Below, in pieces: positions 49,081-58,884 of a stretch of 64,000 bases of DNA. Numbering within the stretch: position 1 is the stretch's first letter; each line of letters opens with the position of its first letter. Made by a program: the position numbers and the translations under genes. Origin of the DNA: a virus; the IMG/VR virus record IMGVR_UViG_3300025018_000098, positions 104,875-168,874 of that record; one strand, 5' to 3'. Under the pieces are notes generated by a model. It was given only the letters and a program-made list of their open reading frames with translations, was not told the origin of the DNA and did no database searches.

Positions 49081-50997
49081 TCACACCTGCTTGATGTGGG
49101 GCAGCGGGATCAACAGATCGTCCTCAGGGCCACCCAGCTTGCGCATCAAGGTCTCCGCCTGCTTGGATGTCCCACGAGCCTCCAAGAACTCGAGGAGGGA
49201 CTCAGCCAAACCTGTGTGAGACTCGAAGAAAGACGCCAAGCTGGCGCGCTCCAGGGAGCTCAAGCGAGACCCGTAGAGGGTGTGCTCCTCGAAGACCTGC
49301 CAACACTCGGGCCACAGCGCCCGGATGTAGATGGCGATGACCTGGGCATAGGCCCGAGTCTCTTCTTGCACGTCCGCCCGTAGACGCAGGTCCAGGAAGT
49401 TGAGCCAGTTGAGGAGGTTCGCCTTGAGACGAATCTTGGTGTACTGGTTCTGCGGAAGGACCAGCCGAGCGATCTCGGACGCAGTCCCGTAGGCCATGAT
49501 GGCGTCGTAGGCCGAGCGGGCGCTGACCGAGCTCGTCCCAACCAGGTGCTTCACAGCCTGCTGCAGCGGTGGTGAGAGGGGGATCTTGGATCCCTGCTTG
49601 TTGTCCGGGTCCGTCCCCTTCACTCGAGCGAGCTCAGGGATGTAGTAGAGGTCCGGCATCTCACTGTACCGTCCGGAGAACTCGTTCCGGCTTGTGAACT
49701 TCCGGAACTGGTCGTAGTCCTCGATGGTCACGTTCGAAAGGCTCACCGTCCGGTGCCTATCGAACTGCCGTAGGACGAACATCGGAAGCTGCAGCTCCAC
49801 GCAGAGCTCGTTCATTTCGAACGGGGAGTTCCCGCTGAGCACGATCTTGCCCGAGCGCCGAACAACAAGAATACCTGTTCTCGTGTGTGCACAGTAGACC
49901 CTCCCTTTGTAACCCTCCCAGCTGACATTCTGCTTCCCTTGGTTGATGACTGGGTGCGTCATGCGGCTCAGCATACTCACGGAGAACATACCTTCCACGT
50001 TCTCCAGAACATGTGCAGCGCGTCCTGCATGCAGCGCGATGAGCTGTACTGCATGGGCCACTTCCGCAACCGATGTGGAGTATAGCCAAGTACCTCTGTG
50101 CTCACTCCCATCCGATGCTCGAAGTCCTTCAAGCAGTGCTTCAGACGCTTCTTGGCCCATGTACTGCATATCCACGGGAATACGCTTGTTCCCAGCTGGT
50201 GTGTAGAACATCTCCCGAAAGTCCAGTGTGATTCCGTCCTCACGTACCACATAGTTATTGTTTGCAAGGATGCCAATCTCAAGATTGAGCTCAGCGCACA
50301 GCTCGAAGAGGTAGGCCACCTTGCGCTTCTTCTTCAGATGAAACGTGATGCCATTACGGTAGCTGCCACCAGCGTACCCATCCCCAATGAAGAACCCGTA
50401 CAGGCGTAGACGAGCAAGATCATACTTCAAGTTCGGCATTCGGTACGGGGCTAGTTTCGAGTAGCGCACCATGGAGCGCTCTCCGAGCACATCTGCTGCA
50501 CATAGCCCATAGTCTGACCAAGACTGCGTCTGGGTGACGTGGTCATACGCCTTTAGACTCACCCACATATTGTGTGACGGGGTTACTAGCAGATCGACAC
50601 CTCCATGATCTACAGAGTACATCTGCCCTTCATACTCTTCATCGACTAAGCCTTGTGGGTGCTCATAGCAGAGCGACTGCGCCTTTGGGTCCCATACCCC
50701 AAGCTCCATCTCCTTGGTCACGTCAGGCCAGGGCACAAACCCTCGTCTCTTCACCAAGACTTCCGTCTTTGCGTCATAGCATGTATGTCTGTCACCCCAC
50801 AATCTGTTGCGCAGTCGGGCGTCCTTGGTCTTGTCCACCCCAGTCAGGGTGTCCGTGGACATCCGGGCTGCCCGAAGGGGCTCGAGGTCGTCGCCCATCT
50901 TGTCCACGTACTTCACGTACCCGTGGTCGAGGATTTTGATGTGCGTCAGAGGCTTGGCTGGGTCTCCCTTGATTCGGTTCTCGTCGTAACTGCTCAT
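49081..50997 (-). CDS. thyX: Flavin-dependent thymidylate synthase with intein
   Basis: LDHGYV..VD.MG, AARMS, RHT|SPFE, RQFDRHR...NEFSGRY, EIARLVLP, FLDLR...QEETR.YA. Confidence 0.95.
   Translation of the reverse strand: MSSYDENRIKGDPAKPLTHIKILDHGYVKYVDKMGDDLEPLRAARMSTDTLTGVDKTKDARLRNRLWGDRHTCYDAKTEVLVKRRGFVPWPDVTKEMELGVWDPKAQSLCYEHPQGLVDEEYEGQMYSVDHGGVDLLVTPSHNMWVSLKAYDHVTQTQSWSDYGLCAADVLGERSMVRYSKLAPYRMPNLKYDLARLRLYGFFIGDGYAGGSYRNGITFHLKKKRKVAYLFELCAELNLEIGILANNNYVVREDGITLDFREMFYTPAGNKRIPVDMQYMGQEASEALLEGLRASDGSEHRGTWLYSTSVAEVAHAVQLIALHAGRAAHVLENVEGMFSVSMLSRMTHPVINQGKQNVSWEGYKGRVYCAHTRTGILVVRRSGKIVLSGNSPFEMNELCVELQLPMFVLRQFDRHRTVSLSNVTIEDYDQFRKFTSRNEFSGRYSEMPDLYYIPELARVKGTDPDNKQGSKIPLSPPLQQAVKHLVGTSSVSARSAYDAIMAYGTASEIARLVLPQNQYTKIRLKANLLNWLNFLDLRLRADVQEETRAYAQVIAIYIRALWPECWQVFEEHTLYGSRLSSLERASLASFFESHTGLAESLLEFLEARGTSKQAETLMRKLGGPEDDLLIPLPHIKQV
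49828..50781 (-). mobile_element. Intein (318 aa) with LAGLIDADG-type homing endonuclease
   Basis: Starts CYDAKTEVL, block B VTPSHNM, LYGFFIGDG and LEGLRASDG, ends VYC...SGN|S; less GC-rich than flanks. Confidence 0.92.
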
Positions 50998-51557
50998 TGG
51001 TCTGCTCCTTCGGTCACTTCGACCTTGCTCGCTGTCGTGCCTTGTTGGTTTTGGTACTTAGACTTGCGCCCAGGGGACCCGTAGGGCCTGGCGCAAACAC
51101 CCTGAAGCTCATGCACTACTAGCTGGCAGATACGTGCCCCATCAGGGAGGAAGATGGTATGTGGGGAGACATTGTAGATCTCCAGGGTAATCTGCCCGAC
51201 GAACCCTGGATCGATGACGCCCGCGGTGATGTGGACCATGATCCCGAGACGCCCGAAGCTGCTACGCCCATGCACCTCCGCGTAGTGATCCGCTGGGATG
51301 TCCACCCTCTCTATGGTGGTACCGAGGATGAACTCACGAGGGCTGATGTAGTACCCAGGCACCCTGATCCGCGAGTAGTACTTGTCCATGTCCGAAACAC
51401 CAGGGACCAGTGCCAAGCCCTCCACACATGGGACACGGAACTCATCTCCCAGTCGCAGGTCTATGGAAGACGGTTGGAGCTGTGTGTTCATGTCTTCGTA
51501 TCCGGTGACGAGGCCACCCTCCACGAGACGGGCTAATCGAGTGTCGCTCAGGGGCAT
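50994..51557 (-). CDS. dcd: dCTP deaminase
   Basis: QPSSIDLRLG, GRSSFGRLG, AGVIDPGFVGQITLEI, RICQLV, KYQNQ. Confidence 0.95.
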   Translation of the reverse strand: MPLSDTRLARLVEGGLVTGYEDMNTQLQPSSIDLRLGDEFRVPCVEGLALVPGVSDMDKYYSRIRVPGYYISPREFILGTTIERVDIPADHYAEVHGRSSFGRLGIMVHITAGVIDPGFVGQITLEIYNVSPHTIFLPDGARICQLVVHELQGVCARPYGSPGRKSKYQNQQGTTASKVEVTEGADQ

Positions 51558-52024
51558 CAGGCTTCTCCATAGGCCGGACCCAAGGCGGTGGCCGGCAGTA
51601 GTTGTGGAAGGGTGGTTGGGCAGTGTGTCTCGTACCGGGACACTTCTACTTCTTTGCCCACTGGATACGCGGTGTACCACACCTGGTATCGATGGTTGAT
51701 CGAATCCAGTAGAAGAACCCCGTACATGGTCCCGTCCTCGAGGGAGGCGGGCACCTCGCCGAAGTACTTCCGAAGCTGCGCCCCGCTGACCACGCCGACA
51801 ACAGCTGCCGCATCCGCATGGTGCTGTTTGGCGAGGGTGAGAACAGAGCTGACGAGACGTGGCAAAACGTCAGCGGGGTCTAGCCGTGCGATGTCGGGCA
51901 TCACTTTGCCCACACGTGTGTTGGTGTTCCTTCGGAGGAACGCGTAGCCAATCGGAGATGCCCCGGTTTCCAGGACCTCCCGTAGGTCAGCCCGCATGAA
52001 CTCAAGTATCTCTGGTGGTGTCAT
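51557..52024 (-). CDS. Hypothetical protein
   Basis: Coupled to dcd by a TGATG overlap. Confidence 0.6.
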   Translation of the reverse strand: MTPPEILEFMRADLREVLETGASPIGYAFLRRNTNTRVGKVMPDIARLDPADVLPRLVSSVLTLAKQHHADAAAVVGVVSGAQLRKYFGEVPASLEDGTMYGVLLLDSINHRYQVWYTAYPVGKEVEVSRYETHCPTTLPQLLPATALGPAYGEA

Positions 52025-52088
52025 AAAGGGTATTCCAAAAGAGGAGGGGTGGGCCGTATGGCTTCCCCCTCCTCTCTTCGTTGGTGGA

Positions 52089-52631
52089 CTAGAGTTGATC
52101 TAGTCCCTCGTTGAGCTCCTGTAGAGCCTTCTTCATCTGCCGCATCGCGCGGAAGTATGCGCCAAGCCGCAGGGGCTCAGCGGGTGGCACCAACTCGCGG
52201 ACGATATCGTCCGCGAGTACGGCGACCTTCTCGTCGGGGGTCACGGCCTTGGCATGTGGCTTGGGGGCCACCGCCCTCACCATCTCCGGCGTTACCACCG
52301 GACGATGGGTGACACGCTCACCCTTCCGAGGAGGGGCGGTTTCTCGAGCAGCTCGAAGCTGCTCATGCTGTAGCTCCCTGATCGTGCTTGCGAGCATATC
52401 AGGGTCGATGCTCAGGACGTCTATCGCCCCGGCATGTTTGTCCTCTTCCACGAAGGTGCCATCGTCCTGTTGCCGCATGGTGGTAGCAGTCAGCAGGACT
52501 CGGAACTTCCCTCTGTTGTGGAAGAACCGAAGCCCGACACCCTCACCAACACCGATCCGGTCATGGGAAGGTAGTTGACGAGCCTCTGCACTATTGCGGG
52601 CCCGCTTGAAGTAGATTTTCTGTGTTTGCAT
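52089..52631 (-). CDS. Hypothetical protein
   Basis: GGAGG SD and variant promoter motif 52648-52657; downstream hairpin at about 52039-52078. Confidence 0.6.
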   Translation of the reverse strand: MQTQKIYFKRARNSAEARQLPSHDRIGVGEGVGLRFFHNRGKFRVLLTATTMRQQDDGTFVEEDKHAGAIDVLSIDPDMLASTIRELQHEQLRAARETAPPRKGERVTHRPVVTPEMVRAVAPKPHAKAVTPDEKVAVLADDIVRELVPPAEPLRLGAYFRAMRQMKKALQELNEGLDQL

Positions 52632-53448
52632 TAGAGATCCTCCACTTGGCTTATACCCCAAATAGGTGGATCTTTAGCATCAACCCTGGGTGTAGTGACC
52701 CCGCACGTTCCAAAGATCCTCAACTGCCCGAACAGCACTCCACAAAGTCTTGGATACGAGAACACCGCCGTCCTGCAGAAGGACCAGCTGCTCGTTCTTG
52801 CGGATGAGGTGCGGGTACCACGAAGCCTCTGGCGGCAGTCTCTTGAAGTTCGCGTGAAAGCGACTGCGCATCACCATGTGGCGCATGTCGCATGCCTCTT
52901 CTTCAGGCGGAACTACCTTGTGCATGAGGATGGAGACGAGCGACCGACAGAACTTCTGCCGATCCTCCTCCGGGCCCCCCGCTAGATGTCCTATCGTCTC
53001 GCACTTCAGTCGAAAGGCCTCTTCGTCTACCAACTGTCGGAGGACCACCCGCATCTCCTTGGGTGATATGTCGTCCGAGAGCATTCGAAGAAGGATGGCC
53101 CCTGTCTTAGGCGCCGTCATCGGGAATGTCTTCAGGCTCAGGAACTGTGCTCAACTGTAGCGTCTCCACGAGAGCTACACCATCGACACTGATGGTGAGT
53201 AGTTGGTGCTCCCCAGCTAGCTTCGTGAGCTTCATCTTGACGCCCGCTGTGTGCTGTCGCCGCTGGCCGTAGAAGACCCAGGCCACTCGAGAGAGCGCGT
53301 TGTCTTCAGTCATCATGCACATCTGTATCTCGCTCAGCGTCATGCTGTCGCAGACGGCTATGAGCTCATCGATGGTCGTGGGGCTTGCTATCCACGTAAC
53401 CAGGCGGGCTATCGAAGCAGCCCGCACTTGTGTGTTGTTCATGAAACC

Positions 53449-53820
53449 TCATAGGGGTTTGTTGTTGGCGTAGAAATCGTAGTCGACGAGCAGCGTCCAA
53501 CCGACGAGGCCCCTTGGATCGTAAGTCACCAAGGGGTCCACGGGGTTCTGTGCGTTGGCCTGCAGTACAGCATCGACGTCTTCTCGAGCTATCGCACGGT
53601 CTTGCACCAGCTTGTACTGCTGGTCTTGTGGCCAGTCCATCAGGTCGATGCCTTGGGAGACGCTGCCCCCAACCTCGTACCAACGGATCCAGAGGAGATA
53701 CCTCTTGATGTTGTTGGCCGCGTTGATGGCCACCTCGAGCTGGGCGACATCGATAGCGGTGTCACCCTGGGCGGCGAGTAAGAGGGAGTTGTATTGGGCT
53801 TCAGTGAGGGTGACGGACAT
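53449..53820 (-). CDS. Hypothetical protein (possibly late/virion)
   Basis: 123 aa; TGGTAGACT 6 nt upstream of ATG. Confidence 0.6.
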   Translation of the reverse strand: MSVTLTEAQYNSLLLAAQGDTAIDVAQLEVAINAANNIKRYLLWIRWYEVGGSVSQGIDLMDWPQDQQYKLVQDRAIAREDVDAVLQANAQNPVDPLVTYDPRGLVGWTLLVDYDFYANNKPL

Positions 53821-54111
53821 AGCGCGAGTCTACCACCGTCTCACCCACTCCCAATAGGGCGGCCCTCACTGATGCTGCGGATATCTGCGAGCCGCTGCTC
53901 GAGAAGCTTCACCCGAAGGCACCACCTGTTGGCATCAGATGTCAGCGTGATGATCTGCGCCTTGAGTGACTCACGGTCCTCACTGAGATCCGCAAGCTCG
54001 AGCTCGTACGCTGTGGCAGCCGCGCGATGATTGGCTGCCTCTGCGTTGAGCTCTTCGATGCGATCCTGCGCCTGACGCAGGCGCACCGCCGTGCCGTCCA
54101 CGAGCTCGACC

Positions 54112-54516
54112 TCACTCATCGTCATCCTCATCGTCATCGAACGCATCATCACCGTCGTCATCCTCGTCGGTGCCCAGGCGCTCCCGGAGATCATCCAAGG
54201 ACATCTGCCCAGTCAGGATGTCCTTGAGCTTGTCGAAAGGCAAAGAAAGCGCGGTCGCATGGTCGAACGCATAGAAGGGTGGGTTGAGGCCCACCACGTA
54301 GATGTGCTCCGTGTCGCATGAGGCACAGAGCACCGGACCCCGAATGACCTTCTCCTTCCCGCTCGGGTAGCTATCCCACTCTGCCTTCAGCGTCGAAGGA
54401 GACACACCGCACCCGGTGGCCTTGATCGATCCGCCGCGAGCCGCAAAGGGCACAGGGATCGTCTTTTCCATCATGGCGAGGAGGTTTTCGCTGTCCCCGC
54501 AGTTTACACATTTCAT
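54112..54516 (-). CDS. Zinc-finger protein with acidic tail
   Basis: CVNC...CASC; D/E tail. Confidence 0.6.
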   Translation of the reverse strand: MKCVNCGDSENLLAMMEKTIPVPFAARGGSIKATGCGVSPSTLKAEWDSYPSGKEKVIRGPVLCASCDTEHIYVVGLNPPFYAFDHATALSLPFDKLKDILTGQMSLDDLRERLGTDEDDDGDDAFDDDEDDDE

Positions 54517-54534
54517 CGTATTGTCCTTTCAATG

Positions 54535-54566
54535 GGCTGATAGGCAGCCAAAACGTCCTATCAGCA
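54535..54566. promoter_or_regulatory. Back-to-back promoter motif pair
   Basis: GCTGATAGG-12nt-CCTATCAGC between divergent genes. Confidence 0.6.
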
Positions 54567-54582
54567 TGGTGGAGGAAGTAAC

Positions 54583-55284
54583 ATGACCAGCAATCTACGT
54601 CTAGCAGCAGTTGGAGAACTACATGATCGTGACCACGAGTTCATCGCCCTACTAGAAGACCATCCCCCAAAGACCCGTCTCCAGTACGGAGACCTGGTGG
54701 TGCTGAAAGATATCCCACCCCGGATAGCTAGCAGCGCCTACTGGCGGCTGCAGGGCATCCCGCGGGTCTGGAAGGTCCACTTCGTCGTCAGCCTGTGGCA
54801 GTTCGAGATGCACAACCTCATGCACGAGCGTGCAGGTATGGGCATCGATGAGGCCGTGACCTGCATGGAGATGGTTGGGGTCACCTCACGTAAGGAGGCC
54901 CGAACACCCATCGTGTATGCCCACGGCTTCCCACACTTCGACAACCCCAACACATGTGAGTGGTTCTTCGAGAGCTCTCTCAAGAAGATGGTGCTACGCA
55001 CAGAAGAAGCCCAGTGGGAGGAGGTCCTCGACGAGTTCAAGACACCCTTCCTTGGGTACGACCCAGGTCCTCTCGGAGCCAACTTCATACTCGACATGGC
55101 CCCAGATATGTATGGGACGTCTCAGGCCCTGCGCTACCCACTGCAGCACGAGGAGAAGGCCTTCGAGACGGCCTGCAGCGACTTCAATCTGGAGGAGCTC
55201 CTCCTGGTGAAGAACCACTCCGCGGAGCTCGAGATGTGTGACATCGACCAGGATCACGATGTGTTCGTGTACCCCTGGGGCTAG
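54583..55284 (+). CDS. Hypothetical protein
   Basis: 233 aa with GGAGG SD. Confidence 0.7.
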   Translation: MTSNLRLAAVGELHDRDHEFIALLEDHPPKTRLQYGDLVVLKDIPPRIASSAYWRLQGIPRVWKVHFVVSLWQFEMHNLMHERAGMGIDEAVTCMEMVGVTSRKEARTPIVYAHGFPHFDNPNTCEWFFESSLKKMVLRTEEAQWEEVLDEFKTPFLGYDPGPLGANFILDMAPDMYGTSQALRYPLQHEEKAFETACSDFNLEELLLVKNHSAELEMCDIDQDHDVFVYPWG

Positions 55285-55853
55285 ATCCAAGCCTCAGACA
55301 TCCCGTGGTTGAGCGCACCAATGGTGCAGTGCTTCGTGAACCTGCGTGCGATGTGCCCACAGACGATGGCGTCCGCCAAGGCCCGGTGGGCTGTCGTCTG
55401 GGGTACGTCGAGCGCGGAAGCCACGAAAGAGAGGGCCTTCCGGGACATCCCTCTATCTTTTGCTGCCTTCATCGTACAGAAGGTAGGGATGCCAGTAGGC
55501 CAGCGATCCCTCGGGATGTCGTAGGACAGCATGCGTGTATCGAACGACATGTTGTGGGCCACCCATGGGTACTCGTACAAGGAGAGCCAGCGCAGCACAT
55601 CCTCAAGCACGTCTACGAAGAGAGGGGCATCCGCGTAGTCTTCGGTGTCGATGCCCGTGATCTCAGCCGCCTCCTTGTTCATCTCCACTCGAGGATTCAC
55701 CATCACGCAGTAGGTGTCCACCACCTTGTCCCCCTCGAACAGGGCGATCCCGATCTCCACCACGCGGTCGCTGCTGCGGAAGCCAGTGGTCTCGGTGTCG
55801 ATGGCTAGGAAGGGGACATCATCCCACTTGGTGTCCAGGTTGTATGTCTTCAT
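55281..55853 (-). CDS. dnaQ: DEDDh 3'-5' exonuclease (DNA Pol III epsilon-like)
   Basis: AIDTETTG, VAHNMSFD, AHRALADA. Confidence 0.9.
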   Translation of the reverse strand: MKTYNLDTKWDDVPFLAIDTETTGFRSSDRVVEIGIALFEGDKVVDTYCVMVNPRVEMNKEAAEITGIDTEDYADAPLFVDVLEDVLRWLSLYEYPWVAHNMSFDTRMLSYDIPRDRWPTGIPTFCTMKAAKDRGMSRKALSFVASALDVPQTTAHRALADAIVCGHIARRFTKHCTIGALNHGMSEAWI

Positions 55854-56449
55854 CAGGTAATCCAGGTCTTGTTGGTTGGGTCAGCAGGGTCTTCACCCGT
55901 GTTGAGGATCTCGATGACCCTATCGGGTTCTGTCTGGGCAAGATAGGCCCGTCTTGCAAGCACGACGCTCAGCCTATCGAGCTGGCTCGGCTTGATGATG
56001 AGCAGGTTCTTGTCGGTGTCCATGTATTTTTGGAGGGCCTCATACATGACCCGAGTCAGCAGAGTGGTTGTGGCGGCCTGATGCTTCGGACGAACAGGTT
56101 CTTTTTGTGGGAGCATGGTCTTCCAGTATAAGCACATGCAGTTCACGAGATCTACAGGACGTACGTAGCGACGCGCTAGTACGATACCTCCGCCGAGGAG
56201 GTACTTCTCAGCTGTAGCTGCAGCCGCAGCTACCACACGATCACCGAGCTCTTGGGTGAACTCCCCCTCCGGGGGAGGTACCTCCGAAACGCGGATGCCA
56301 TGGTCTATCAGATGGATGGACAGGGCTTGTACCGCCTCGTCTACACCACCCTGACGACACATGGCTAGGAGGGTCTTCTGAACGTTGAGATGAAGTGCAC
56401 CTACCTGGTCCATGATGTCCACGAGGGTCTGGATTTGCTTTGATCTCAT
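55853..56449 (-). CDS. Hypothetical protein
   Basis: 198 aa, coupled to dnaQ. Confidence 0.6.
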   Translation of the reverse strand: MRSKQIQTLVDIMDQVGALHLNVQKTLLAMCRQGGVDEAVQALSIHLIDHGIRVSEVPPPEGEFTQELGDRVVAAAAATAEKYLLGGGIVLARRYVRPVDLVNCMCLYWKTMLPQKEPVRPKHQAATTTLLTRVMYEALQKYMDTDKNLLIIKPSQLDRLSVVLARRAYLAQTEPDRVIEILNTGEDPADPTNKTWIT

Positions 56450-56456
56450 AGATCCC

Positions 56457-56616
56457 TTAGTTAGTAAGTACGAGAAGTTAGTATAACTTACTAACTAATC
56501 GTACTTATTGCAAAGAAACAGGAGGGTCTCTTCAAGAAAGCGCTTGTTCCTGAACAGACCCCTACTTACTCTATTTTACTACTAACTATATAACTATATA
56601 TAAGTTAGTAAGTTAG
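56457..56616. repeat. AT-rich region with AGTTAGTAAGT direct and inverted repeats
   Basis: TTAGTTAGTAAGT (56457-56469) / ACTTACTAACTAA (56486-56498); AGTTAGTAAGTTA at 56603-56615. Confidence 0.8.
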
Positions 56617-56625
56617 CAGGAGATT

Positions 56626-57237
56626 ATGAACCCACCCAAACGCGTGCGGATCTACGTCAAGGCTGATGAAGCACACGCACGGCTAGATGACTTCAAAGAG
56701 GAGGCCGAACGCGGCCTATCCGATCGAGAGCTAGCACAGCTAGCAGGCGTCAGCCCTTCGGCTGTGACGCGCTGGAGATACAGAAGGGGGATTCGTCGCC
56801 CTGGCGGGCATCTGGGGGCCCAGCAACACGCTACTGCAACAGCCATGGTTCTCTTCGGTGATGCTGAGGAGCTCACAGACGTACGTCAGCGTGCTCGATC
56901 CTCAGCAACCCACGGAGAATGGAAGCCACCTGAGTACGTCGTTCGTGAGGGTGTCAACTATGACCGCCTTCTGAAGCACATCTATCTGGCCCACCACACG
57001 CTCGGTTTGGCCGTGAAGGATATTGCGGATGCTCACGGGTACACAGTGAGCACCGTGCGACAAGCTCTTCAGCTCTACACGGGCTACTTGAAGCAAAATG
57101 GAAAGCCCTGCCTCTCCTGCCATCGAGTCATCGATGCTGCAGAGGGGGCCAACTACTGTTCAGAGTCATGCCGTGACCTGTACGACCTCATTCTGATGAT
57201 AGGCGATACCGATGCAGAATCCCCTGAACCCAAGTGA
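56626..57237 (+). CDS. Double-HTH plus zinc-finger DNA-binding protein
   Basis: LSDRELAQLAGVSPSAVTRWR; VKDIADAHGYTVSTVRQ; CLSC...CSESC. Confidence 0.75.
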   Translation: MNPPKRVRIYVKADEAHARLDDFKEEAERGLSDRELAQLAGVSPSAVTRWRYRRGIRRPGGHLGAQQHATATAMVLFGDAEELTDVRQRARSSATHGEWKPPEYVVREGVNYDRLLKHIYLAHHTLGLAVKDIADAHGYTVSTVRQALQLYTGYLKQNGKPCLSCHRVIDAAEGANYCSESCRDLYDLILMIGDTDAESPEPK

Positions 57238-57865
57238 AGACTTCCCAGAGCTGGAGTGGGGCCAATGGGTCACCTACTCCACACGTGAGCTCAGGGAGGC
57301 CGGGGTCGACGACCCGGCCCTCGAGCGACTACAGACCATAGGCACTGAGCGACCCTACTCCTCCCGCTGGCTACTGACGCTGGGGATGTGGGGAGGGATC
57401 TACACGGCACGTCAGATCGCAGATGAGCTCGGGGCCAAGGGCACGGGCGAGGTCTACGCCTACCAGCGCTCCTGCGCCGCTCGGGGCATCCCGCTCAGGC
57501 TGCGTAAGCACAGCGCCCCGGGTGACGGAGAGCAGTTCTTCGTTGCCTTGAACGCCAAGATCCTATCGGACAAAGGACACACCCCGCAGATGATCGCGCA
57601 CGAGCTCGGCATCCTCCCCCCTGCAGCCCCATACTACGTGTACAAGATGGAGATGTTCGAAGAGCTCGCCAATGAGAATGACCCGGGCGCATTCAAGCGA
57701 GCTCTGAAAAAGGACCCGGACGTGTTCCAGAACACTTGGAACGATGCAGAGGCTGGGTTTAGGCTGTCCAGTGCGAGCCTCGGCAAATACCTCCCTCATC
57801 ACCTCAGAAGTGGCCATGACCAAGAAGACATTCGAAAGCGCGCTCTCAAGTACGTCACATCCTAG
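57212..57865 (+). CDS. Putative HTH protein
   Basis: TARQIADELG and TPQMIAHELGI. Confidence 0.55.
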   Translation: MQNPLNPSEDFPELEWGQWVTYSTRELREAGVDDPALERLQTIGTERPYSSRWLLTLGMWGGIYTARQIADELGAKGTGEVYAYQRSCAARGIPLRLRKHSAPGDGEQFFVALNAKILSDKGHTPQMIAHELGILPPAAPYYVYKMEMFEELANENDPGAFKRALKKDPDVFQNTWNDAEAGFRLSSASLGKYLPHHLRSGHDQEDIRKRALKYVTS

Positions 57866-58373
57866 TTTCGTGGAGAGGCATCGTCCTCGGCATCCTGTGG
57901 AGGAGGTCTCCGCTCTCGAGCCCACGGACCCGATGTACGCCCTCAAGTTCATGGAGGTGGTCTCGCCGGTTCTACTGCCCCGCACAGAGGTGAAGGGCCC
58001 GAGCAATCTGTACGAGGCGTATCTGGACGGCCGGCCCGGGGTGCTTGCCTCCGATGTGTCCCAGAGGCCCGATCACTACACCCCGCGGCAGCAGGCGATC
58101 GTGGCCAACCTGCAGCACAACCTCCCACTCCATCCGCCTGCCACGGATCAGGAGATGGATGAGCTCATCCTCACCTGGCAGCAGAACTCCCAAACCACCA
58201 AGCAGCGCAAAGAGCTCGTGCAAAAGATCACGGCCTCGAGGCACGCACCGAAGGACATTGCGGATGAAGCCGTACTCGAAGACTCACTACAAGGAAAATC
58301 CCCCACGGAAAAGGAGCAAATCCTCAACGCCCAAGACCCCCTCGCTGGAGGAGGATTCATCAAGATCATTTGA
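57816..58373 (+). CDS. Hypothetical protein
   Basis: Likely start MTKKTF. Confidence 0.55.
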   Translation: MTKKTFESALSSTSHPSFVERHRPRHPVEEVSALEPTDPMYALKFMEVVSPVLLPRTEVKGPSNLYEAYLDGRPGVLASDVSQRPDHYTPRQQAIVANLQHNLPLHPPATDQEMDELILTWQQNSQTTKQRKELVQKITASRHAPKDIADEAVLEDSLQGKSPTEKEQILNAQDPLAGGGFIKII

Positions 58374-58884
58374 GGAGACTGAGGCCCCTTGGTACGCTGC
58401 TCGCTTCTGGACCAAGGTGGCGGCTCGAGAGGAGGACAAGTGCTGGCTATGGGAGGGTGGGGTGTCCAACGGCTACGGATCCTTCTGGGTCCCCGGCTAC
58501 CGGGCCGTGACCGCACATCGAGCTGCCTACGCCATCGCCAACGGCGTGGACATCAAGGAGCTCGGGCAGCAGCACTTCATCGTGCGTACCTGCGGAGAGG
58601 CCCTGTGCTGCAACCCAGCCCACCTCAAGCTGCGTGATCTGGAGACAGAGGCCCTCCTGGCGGAGACTAAGGCCCTGGCAAAGCAGCAGCAGGACGAGAT
58701 GAAACGGCGGTATCGGGTCACCAACAAAACAGCAGAGGCCGTTTTTAGAGCACATGCTCGGGGCATCCCTGGAGAGCAGTTGTCGCGTGATTTCAACCTG
58801 GCGCCCGGAATACTACGTAAGGTCCTCATAACCGGTCAGCGGATCGCTCACCGTCGGAACGTCCAGCGGCGCGTGAAATCTTGA
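58264..58884 (+). CDS. HNH_3-type endonuclease-like protein
   Basis: RFWTKV...CWLWEG...GYG.F...AHRAAY...RTC...CCNPAHL; start uncertain. Confidence 0.75.
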   Translation: MKPYSKTHYKENPPRKRSKSSTPKTPSLEEDSSRSFEETEAPWYAARFWTKVAAREEDKCWLWEGGVSNGYGSFWVPGYRAVTAHRAAYAIANGVDIKELGQQHFIVRTCGEALCCNPAHLKLRDLETEALLAETKALAKQQQDEMKRRYRVTNKTAEAVFRAHARGIPGEQLSRDFNLAPGILRKVLITGQRIAHRRNVQRRVKS

